Position numbers and translations under genes: made by a program. A DNA stretch of 10,262 nt from Candidatus Pacearchaeota archaeon (GTDB lineage Archaea; Nanobdellota; Nanobdellia; Pacearchaeales; GW2011-AR1): contig NYZR01000010.1 of NCBI GenBank assembly GCA_002687255.1, positions 1 to 10,262 of the forward strand, in the 5' to 3' direction. This document shows, piece by piece, positions 4,680 through 10,141 of the stretch. Under the pieces are notes generated by a model. The model worked only from the letters and a program-made list of their open reading frames with translations, searched no databases and was not told where the DNA came from. Within the stretch, counting starts at the first letter, position 1, and the number at the start of each line of letters is the position of its first letter.

Positions 4680-5786
4680 TTATTCAATCGGAAATCTCAA
4701 CAAGGCTCCGATGCCTGTTTTTGTGAGGTTGATGAACTGCTGGCCGTCTTGGTGTTCGTCCGAGATTAAAACTACGGAGGCTCCGATGTTTTCTGCCATT
4801 TTGGAGAGTTCACTTGTTTTTGCTTTGCTGAGCTTTTTGTCTAAGAAGAGTTTGTCGACGGCGCCCCGTTCTAGGGCGACCTTGACTTTTTCCTCTCCGT
4901 AAGGTGCCATGTTCTTGTGTTTTCCAAGTGTGTCGAAAAACTGTTCTAGGATCTTTTTCTCTTTGATGAGTTCTTGTTCGGCGATGTCTTCTTGGGATTC
5001 TTCGACTAGGAGTTCTAGTCCGTGTTCGTCCACATAGCCAATGTCCTTGAGGGCTATGACTTTTTCTTTGAGCTTGGTTACGAGCTGCCCTTCTTCTAGA
5101 AATTCTTCTTTCGTCGGAATCGGCCCACCGATAAGGATCCCTTTTAGTTTGTCTAGATCGAAGAAGTGATCCTTCATGGATTCTGCTACTCTTCTGAAGA
5201 AATCTTTTGCGAGGCCTTCTGTTATTCTATGGAATCTTTGGCTGGACTGGCCGCCTGCACGAGTTTTTCCTGGAACTCCTGAAGTGAGCGATTGGAGCAT
5301 CTTGATATCCTTGCCTTCAAGTAGTCCGATGCTTGCTTCTTGTCGGTCTATGGCTAGGAGTCCGAAGACTTCTTCCACTTCGAGCATGGCCTTCAGAGGT
5401 TCTAATAGAAATGTTTGATCGCAACGATACATTCTGACCTTGAGAGCTTTCGGTGGTTCGATGGCCCAGATCTCAATATTTTGTTGGCCTTCTTTTTCTG
5501 AAGTGTTGCCTGCATAAATGGCTAGTCCGTTTTCTGGGGTTTTCTTGTAGGTCTTGAGTTCTCTGATTATTGTGTCCAATCCATCTGTGACTGCCGAACG
5601 GGTTTGTTTGGATTTGATGTTCGTTGCTGTCGATCTTTCACCTTCTAATTGTTTTTGAACGAGGTTGATGTTCTGTCCCGTTGGTATGAGGACGGAGACG
5701 AGTTGGGTGTGGCGGCCTTTGATGGCATCTAGGGTTTCAATGAGTTCTTCAAGTTCTCTTGCTTGTTGGGGGGTGAGGTCTGACAT
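4680..5786 (-). CDS. prf1: peptide chain release factor aRF1 (archaeal/eukaryotic class I release factor)
   Basis: The 368-aa ORF carries the diagnostic motifs: TATNIKSKQTR (NIKS stop-codon recognition loop), MYRCDQTF (YxCxxxF) and TRAGGQSSQRF (GGQ peptidyl-tRNA hydrolysis motif). This family is restricted to archaea and eukaryotes. The stop is TAA. Confidence 0.95.
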   Translation of the reverse strand: MSDLTPQQARELEELIETLDAIKGRHTQLVSVLIPTGQNINLVQKQLEGERSTATNIKSKQTRSAVTDGLDTIIRELKTYKKTPENGLAIYAGNTSEKEGQQNIEIWAIEPPKALKVRMYRCDQTFLLEPLKAMLEVEEVFGLLAIDRQEASIGLLEGKDIKMLQSLTSGVPGKTRAGGQSSQRFHRITEGLAKDFFRRVAESMKDHFFDLDKLKGILIGGPIPTKEEFLEEGQLVTKLKEKVIALKDIGYVDEHGLELLVEESQEDIAEQELIKEKKILEQFFDTLGKHKNMAPYGEEKVKVALERGAVDKLFLDKKLSKAKTSELSKMAENIGASVVLISDEHQDGQQFINLTKTGIGALLRFPIE

Positions 5787-5808
5787 GGTAGTTAGATGAG
5801 TGTGTGGT

Positions 5809-5817
5809 TTAAAAAAT
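5809..5817 (-). promoter_or_regulatory. TATA box (TTTTTTAAA on the minus strand) for prf1; the T6 run may also terminate valS
   Basis: It lies 24-31 nt upstream of ATG 5786 and 7 nt downstream of the valS stop (5824-5826). Confidence 0.45.
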
Positions 5818-5823
5818 GTGGTG

Positions 5824-8199
5824 TCACACGAGATCTACTTTAAGTGCACCTTCCTTGATTTCTTCTGCAGAGGTGACAGCTTTGAGATCTTCGAGAAGGG
5901 GTTTGAGGAGGGTTTGTGTTTCTTCCGGTAGTGTTAGATAGATTTCTGCCTTCATAGATACTTTTGCTTCTGACTTTGTTTGTCTGGCTTTGGCGATGAT
6001 CTCGAGGAGAGTGTTCCAGGCTTCCTGGTCTTTCTTAGAGGTTTTTAGTTTGAGCGGTGTGGGCCAGCTGCTTGTGTGAATGGAAGTTTCCTTTTCCTGC
6101 TTCTTGAAATGAGTTTGGTAGATTTCTTCGGTGATGAACGGTGTTATCGGTGCCATCATCTTCGTTATTGCTAAGAGGGCTTGATAGAGAGTGTAGGAAG
6201 CAGATGCTTTTTCTGTTGCTGTGCCGTTGTAGACCCTGTATTTGACTAGTTCTAGGTAGTTATCAGCGAAGGTGTGCCAGAAGAATGCGTCGACCAACAT
6301 TTTTGCTTTTGATAGTTCGTATGATTCGAATGCGTCTGTTGCTGATTTTGTTAGGTTGTTGAGTTGAGTGAGGAATAACCTGTCCGTTTCGTGTAGCGTT
6401 GGTTGCGTCTTTTTTGGTTTTATGTTCATGAATACAAAATTAGCTGCGTTTATTATCTTGGTTACGAATTTCTTTCCGGCTATGAGTTCTTTCTCTGGGA
6501 ATGGTAATGCGTCTCCTGCTTTTACAGAGGCTGAGAGGTATCTCAAGGCATCCGCTCCATAGTCTTCTATTACGTCCTGAGGAGATACCCCGTTGCCTCT
6601 TGATTTTGACATCTTGTGTCCGTCTTTTCCGAGTATCCATCCGTTGATATAGAGTTCATTCCACGGGTTTCTATTTTCGTGTAGTTGTGATTTCACTATG
6701 GTGTTGAAATCCCAGAACGTGATGATATCTTGGCCGTTTCTTCTTATGCTCATGGGTTGATTGGTGATTTTTTTGTATGCTGGTGTGTCTTTTAGCAGAT
6801 CTTTGGTGATGGTTGGCGTGAGTGAAGAGGTCGCCCAGGTGTTCATCACATCTTTTTCTGGTATAAATTCTGTTGAGTTACATTTTGGGCATTTCTTTAT
6901 TGGTGGTTTATCTTCTATGGGGTCGATGGGTAGTTGCTTTTCATCTGCGAGTATCGTCTCGTCACAACTTTTGCAATACCAGACGGGGAATGGAATCCCG
7001 AATGCTATCTGTCTTGAAATGCACCAGTCCCATTTTAGACCTTTGACCCAGTTTTCGTATCTGTTTCTCATATGGTCTGGGTGCCATTTGATTTCCCTTC
7101 CCCACTTTAGTAATTTTTCTTTTAGATCGAGATACTTGATGCACCATTGCTTCTTTTCTATGAATTCAATTTCTGTGCTACATCTTTCACACACATTCAC
7201 TGGGTGGGTGATCTTCTTCTGTGATTTCAGCGCTCCAGCTTTTTTCAGGTCTTGGATTACTTGTTCTCTCGCTTCTTTTATCTTCAGTCCTTTGTATTTT
7301 CCTGCGAGTCCTGTCATCGTTCCGTCGGGAGCTATGGCCATTTTGATGGGGAGTTTGTGTTCTCTTTGCCATTCCATATCTGTTTGGTCTCCGAAGGTGC
7401 AGCACATTACCACTCCGGTTCCTTTCTCAGGGTCTGCCTTGGGGTCTGGTAGGATGGGAACTTCTATGTCGAATAAAGGGGTTTTCGCCTTCTTCCCTTT
7501 CAGTGGTTTGAATCTTTTGTCATCAGGATGGTAGAAGATGGCTACAATTGCTGGAAGGAGTTCTGGTCTTGTTGTTGAGATTATAAGGTCTTTGTTGTCT
7601 ACCTTGAACACGATATCGCTGAATTGGCTGTGGATGTCTTTATCGACTAGTTCTACTTGTGCGATTGTCGTTCGGCAGGTTGGGCACCAGAGGGCCGGGG
7701 CGTCGATACGGTATTCTCTTCCTAATTTGTAGAGATCTATGAAACTTTGCTGTGAGACCCTTCTCGATCGTTCATCTATGGTTGAGTAGAAGATGTCCCA
7801 GTCGGCGGAGATTCCTAGTCTTTTTGAGTCTGCTAGGAATTCTGGTATGTATTCTTCTTCTATTGTTTTCAGGCAGAGTTCTATGAATTCTTCTCTGGAC
7901 ATGGATTTTGAGTCGACGTTTTTCTCTTTTTCAACTAGTCTTAGGGTTGGCAGGCCGTTGTTGTCTGTTCCGAATGGATTGAGAACTTCGAAGCCATTCA
8001 TTCTTTTGAATCTGGCTATGAAGTCTTGCTGGGCGTCTCCGAAGGCGTGTCCCATGTGGAGTTTTCCTGAGATGGTTGGCGGCGGGGTGTCTAGGGAGTA
8101 GATTTTCTTCTTGGTTTTTGTGTCGAACTTGTAGATCTTTTTGTCTTCCCAGTATTTTTGCCATTTTCTTTCTATTTCTTGGATGTTTGTTTTGGGCAT
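5824..8199 (-). CDS. valS: valine--tRNA ligase (archaeal-type class Ia aminoacyl-tRNA synthetase)
   Basis: 791-aa ORF. TPPPTISGKLHMGHAF is the ValRS-type 'PPP..(S/T)G.LH.GH' HIGH motif, and GHKMSKSRGNGV is KMSKS. The CP1 editing-domain signatures are TTRPELLPAIVAIFYHPDD and GTGVVMCCTFGDQTDMEW. DWCISRQIAFGIPFPVWYC is present, along with four CxxC pairs. The N-terminus IERKWQKYWEDKKIYKF is typical of archaeal ValRS. The class Ia call is near certain. Val specificity rests on motif resemblance rather than IleRS or LeuRS features. Confidence 0.88.
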   Translation of the reverse strand: MPKTNIQEIERKWQKYWEDKKIYKFDTKTKKKIYSLDTPPPTISGKLHMGHAFGDAQQDFIARFKRMNGFEVLNPFGTDNNGLPTLRLVEKEKNVDSKSMSREEFIELCLKTIEEEYIPEFLADSKRLGISADWDIFYSTIDERSRRVSQQSFIDLYKLGREYRIDAPALWCPTCRTTIAQVELVDKDIHSQFSDIVFKVDNKDLIISTTRPELLPAIVAIFYHPDDKRFKPLKGKKAKTPLFDIEVPILPDPKADPEKGTGVVMCCTFGDQTDMEWQREHKLPIKMAIAPDGTMTGLAGKYKGLKIKEAREQVIQDLKKAGALKSQKKITHPVNVCERCSTEIEFIEKKQWCIKYLDLKEKLLKWGREIKWHPDHMRNRYENWVKGLKWDWCISRQIAFGIPFPVWYCKSCDETILADEKQLPIDPIEDKPPIKKCPKCNSTEFIPEKDVMNTWATSSLTPTITKDLLKDTPAYKKITNQPMSIRRNGQDIITFWDFNTIVKSQLHENRNPWNELYINGWILGKDGHKMSKSRGNGVSPQDVIEDYGADALRYLSASVKAGDALPFPEKELIAGKKFVTKIINAANFVFMNIKPKKTQPTLHETDRLFLTQLNNLTKSATDAFESYELSKAKMLVDAFFWHTFADNYLELVKYRVYNGTATEKASASYTLYQALLAITKMMAPITPFITEEIYQTHFKKQEKETSIHTSSWPTPLKLKTSKKDQEAWNTLLEIIAKARQTKSEAKVSMKAEIYLTLPEETQTLLKPLLEDLKAVTSAEEIKEGALKVDLV

Positions 8200-8219
8200 G
8201 CTCTTTTTTAGGGAAGAGG

Positions 8220-8227
8220 GTTTAAAG
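8220..8227 (-). promoter_or_regulatory. TATA box (CTTTAAAC on the minus strand) for valS
   Basis: It lies in the 38-bp spacer between the methyltransferase stop (8238) and the valS ATG (8199), 28 nt from the ATG. Confidence 0.45.
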
Positions 8228-8237
8228 GGTTTTTGGG

Positions 8238-8924
8238 CTATCTCTTTTGAAGGATGAGCCCGTATTCATTGATTATCAGATAACGAGCTTTTTCTAGGAT
8301 CATGGGTTCTGCTGCTTGTTGAAAGTGTTTGCTTGCCGCTTTTAGAATTTCTCTCATTTGGAAGATCTCTGTTTTTTCATGAAAGTGTTTGAGATCTTGC
8401 ATTAAAATGGGGTGGTGTGCTTCTACCCCCTCACGTGTTGATTCTGGAGTGTATTCAAAATCAAGTATAATGAGGTTCCCTTTTGGTTTAATTCTTGTTA
8501 CTAGATCTTTGAGAACGGCTTCTAATTCTTCAGGATCTCTTCTTTTGTCGAGGGCTTCGTGGAGCGAGAAGCTGCAGAAGATAGTGTCTAGGTTTTGGAA
8601 TTGAGGCGGGAGGTCTTGGAGTGGTTTTTGGTAGACGTGGTAGGTGTTTGTGTTTCCTTGTTGTTTGAGCTTTTTTGCTAGGGATTTTGATTGTCGGAAG
8701 AGCGCTGTGTTAGGTTCTGCTCCGAGGAGCGTGCAGTGGTTTCTCTTTTCTGCGATGGCCTTGACATCTATTCCTGGGCCTGGGCCCACCACCCCGATGG
8801 TGGTTTGGTCTTGGAGACCGTTTTTTATGGCCCAAGTGAAGAGGTTTTCTTTTGTTTGGTAGTGGAGGTGCTCTTCGTAGACTTGGGCTATTTTTGTGTA
8901 GTTTTGATCGTTTCTTTGTGTCAT
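8238..8924 (-). CDS. class I SAM-dependent methyltransferase (substrate unknown)
   Basis: ORF 8238..9122 trimmed to ATG 8924 (MTQRNDQNY...). A strong SD, AAGGAGG (+ strand cctcctt, 8931-8937), lies 6 nt upstream. Rossmann MTase motifs are present: motif I IGVVGPGPGID, post-I LLGAEPN, motif II DTIFCSFSLHE and motif III IKPKGNLIILDF. The start overlaps the upstream stop as ATGA. Confidence 0.85.
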   Translation of the reverse strand: MTQRNDQNYTKIAQVYEEHLHYQTKENLFTWAIKNGLQDQTTIGVVGPGPGIDVKAIAEKRNHCTLLGAEPNTALFRQSKSLAKKLKQQGNTNTYHVYQKPLQDLPPQFQNLDTIFCSFSLHEALDKRRDPEELEAVLKDLVTRIKPKGNLIILDFEYTPESTREGVEAHHPILMQDLKHFHEKTEIFQMREILKAASKHFQQAAEPMILEKARYLIINEYGLILQKR

Positions 8925-9145
8925 TTTATACCTCCTTTGGCGAATTTGATTGCCCACATGCAGAAGATAAAGGTGTTGACTATGACGAATGGAAGATCTG
9001 TTATGAGGATTGCGTGGAGGATGAGGAACGCTGTTCCTAAGAGGTCTAGAGGGATGAATCGATTTGGCTTTTTGGTGTTGAGAAAGAGGTATGCTATCAT
9101 AACGAGTGCAAGTCCTATCCACCCCATTGCGTCTTGGATTGTCAT
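8921..9145 (-). CDS. 74-aa three-TM membrane miniprotein (resembles bacterial CBU_0592-type / SemiSWEET-sized 3-helix proteins)
   Basis: Three hydrophobic helices: WIGLALVMIAYLFL, FIPLDLLGTAFLILHAILI and LPFVIVNTFIFCMWAIKFA. The ATG at 9145 lies 1 nt after the upstream TAG, and its TGA overlaps the downstream ATG (ATGA). Family resemblance is from memory of the pattern W.G......AY.....................N..G......................N..W only. Confidence 0.75.
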   Translation of the reverse strand: MTIQDAMGWIGLALVMIAYLFLNTKKPNRFIPLDLLGTAFLILHAILITDLPFVIVNTFIFCMWAIKFAKGGIK

Positions 9146-9146
9146 G

Positions 9147-9164
9147 CTAGAATTTTAATTCTAG
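9147..9164 (-). other. perfect inverted repeat CTAGAATT-AA-AATTCTAG formed by the last five codons plus the stop of the beta-barrel gene
   Basis: On the minus strand, CTA GAA TTA AAA TTC TAG (LELKF*). As RNA it can form a 7-bp stem with a UAAA loop that ends 2 nt before the next start codon (9145). Confidence 0.6.
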
Positions 9165-9800
9165 GCCTATGATGGGGGTGATTCCTTCTCGGATTTTCTT
9201 GAAGCTTGGTCTGGTGAAACTTTTGCTTCTGACAAAAGCAGAAACTCTGTCAGTGAGTTTGAGCTTGACTTTTGGTTCGAGCATCAGGACTTTTGGATCT
9301 ATGTTGTAGTCTGCAGTGAGATTTGCTCTGAGTCTTGGGGTGAGTTGCTGTGAGGTGAAGAATGTTGCTTGTTGTCCGTGCTCTCCTGATGTCTCTAAGG
9401 GAAGGTATTTGAGATAGGTGAAGTTGTTTTTTCCTAAATTTGGTGTGTATGTTATTCCGAGTCTAATGGTGTCTTCTAAGAAGGTGGCTCCGTTGTATTC
9501 TGCTGTTAGTGCAAGAGGAACTTGTTTTGTTGGTTGGATGTTGATCCTTCCTTCTGCGTAGACGCTTTGCATGTTTGTCGGTTCTTCTTTACTGGCGTTG
9601 AGGTCGATGAAGCCATATGTGCTTATTTTATCGTTGAGTTTGCTGCCTCCTTCAATTCTTGCTGTGGAATGTTCTTTTTTTATGTTGTAGCCTGGCTGGA
9701 ATGTGAACCAGTTGTCGCTTGCTTGGGCTTTTCCTGGCAAGAACGGCAGGGCGAGGAAAGCTAGCTTTGCTAGTATTCCAGGTTTTCTTTTTTTGTTCAT
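9147..9800 (-). CDS. secreted beta-barrel-like protein resembling small bacterial outer-membrane channels (Tsx/OmpK- or KdgM-like pattern); hypothetical
   Basis: 217 aa. The signal peptide is MNKKRKPGILAKLAFLALPFLPGKAQA|SD (basic n-region, hydrophobic core, AxA site). About 12 segments of alternating hydrophobic/polar residues occur at beta-hairpin spacing: WFTFQPGYNI, STARIEGGSKL, ISTYGFIDLNA, SVYAEGRINIQ, LALTAEYNGA, DTIRLGITYTP, FTYLKYLPLE, QQATFFTSQQL, LRANLTADYNI, LMLEPKVKLKL, VSAFVRSKSFT and ITPIIGLELKF. The terminal residue is Phe, as in the OMP beta-signal. An SD-like GGGAG lies 8 nt upstream, and the start overlaps the upstream stop (ATGA). That it is a CDS is well supported; the fold and family are inferred. 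Confidence 0.85.
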   Translation of the reverse strand: MNKKRKPGILAKLAFLALPFLPGKAQASDNWFTFQPGYNIKKEHSTARIEGGSKLNDKISTYGFIDLNASKEEPTNMQSVYAEGRINIQPTKQVPLALTAEYNGATFLEDTIRLGITYTPNLGKNNFTYLKYLPLETSGEHGQQATFFTSQQLTPRLRANLTADYNIDPKVLMLEPKVKLKLTDRVSAFVRSKSFTRPSFKKIREGITPIIGLELKF

Positions 9801-10048
9801 CTTCTTAGCTCCCTTGAGACTTTTGAGATCAGATCTTCGTTTCTCGTGATCTTATGGGCTCTGAAGTGGGTTCTCCGATGTTTATCTTCCTCTAGTTTTC
9901 TGTAGACTGTTGAGACAATTTGTCTTTCTCCTAATCTCATCTCCTGAGCCTCTTTTTCTTTAACGAAGATGTCTTTTCTGATTTCTCGATATTTCCTCTC
10001 TGGATTTCCTGCATCTGTTTCTCTATGGTCTATTGCTACGATTGTCAT
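9797..10048 (-). CDS. small highly charged protein (83 aa), possibly ribbon-helix-helix-like DNA binder; hypothetical
   Basis: ORF 9797..10180 trimmed to ATG 10048 (MTIVAIDHRETDAG...), which lies 21-28 nt downstream of TATA 10069-10076. The segment KDIFVKEKEAQEMRLGERQIVSTVYRKLEE could be strand-helix-turn-helix as in CopG/Arc-type proteins; this is a weak call. The tail is basic. The TGA overlaps the next ATG (ATGA). Confidence 0.6.
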   Translation of the reverse strand: MTIVAIDHRETDAGNPERKYREIRKDIFVKEKEAQEMRLGERQIVSTVYRKLEEDKHRRTHFRAHKITRNEDLISKVSRELRR

Positions 10049-10068
10049 ACTCGCTTTCGTTTTATTGG

Positions 10069-10076
10069 TTATATAA
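10069..10076 (-). promoter_or_regulatory. TATA box (TTATATAA, nearly palindromic) for the minus-strand operon
   Basis: It lies 28 nt from ATG 10048, the same spacing as the other leaderless heads. Confidence 0.55.
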
Positions 10077-10084
10077 GAAAATAG

Positions 10085-10103
10085 TGTCCTCTTCAGGAGG
10101 ACA
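10085..10103. promoter_or_regulatory. inverted repeat TGTCCTC-ttcag-GAGGACA, candidate operator
   Basis: It has 7-bp perfect arms (10085-10091 and 10097-10103) with a 5-bp spacer. It sits between the two divergent TATA boxes, 9 bp from each (10069-10076 and 10113-10120). Confidence 0.5.
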
Positions 10104-10112
10104 ATAGAAAGG

Positions 10113-10120
10113 TTTACATA
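10113..10120 (+). promoter_or_regulatory. TATA box (TTTACATA) preceded by AGAAAGG (BRE-like, same as at 115-121)
   Basis: It lies 29 nt upstream of ATG 10142, matching the leaderless spacing elsewhere in the window. Confidence 0.45.
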
Positions 10121-10141
10121 ATGCGGTTTGTTGAAAAAGGG

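Noticed and set aside
4566-5418. + strand ORFs 4566..4769, 4711..4902 and 5176..5418
   Set aside because: They are antisense to the well-supported prf1 gene and have Cys/Ser/Leu/Phe-rich composition typical of the G+T-rich shadow frames.
4680-5786. aRF1 altered for stop-codon reassignment, or truncated (368 aa)
   Set aside because: The NIKS, YxCxxxF and GGQ motifs are canonical. TAA, TAG and TGA all terminate well-supported genes in this window, so there is no sign of recoding. Compact aRF1 proteins exist in other archaea, so length alone is not anomalous.
6761-7534. 257-aa + strand ORF antisense to valS, plus the smaller + ORFs at 6368, 7252, 7538 and 7793 and the minus off-frame ORFs at 6440, 6962, 7187 and 7931
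   Set aside because: These are shadow ORFs inside a gene with unmistakable ValRS motifs. Their F/S/L/G/V-rich composition reflects the G+T-rich strand, not coding.
8925-9122. N-terminal 66-aa extension of the methyltransferase ORF (8238..9122 as listed in the track)
   Set aside because: The extension (MDRTCTRYDSIPLSQHQKAKSIHPSRP...) is an out-of-frame read-through of the 3-TM miniprotein gene. A strong SD (AAGGAGG) and an ATGA overlap support the ATG at 8924.
8921-9800. Bacterial contamination or chimeric assembly as the source of the barrel and miniprotein genes
   Set aside because: Both genes share the strand-specific A/C-ending codon usage of the adjacent valS and prf1. They are joined to their neighbours by 4-nt overlaps and sit under an archaeal-type TATA/leaderless promoter. 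A chimera junction would have to fall inside overlapping codons. The assembly should still be verified with read mapping.
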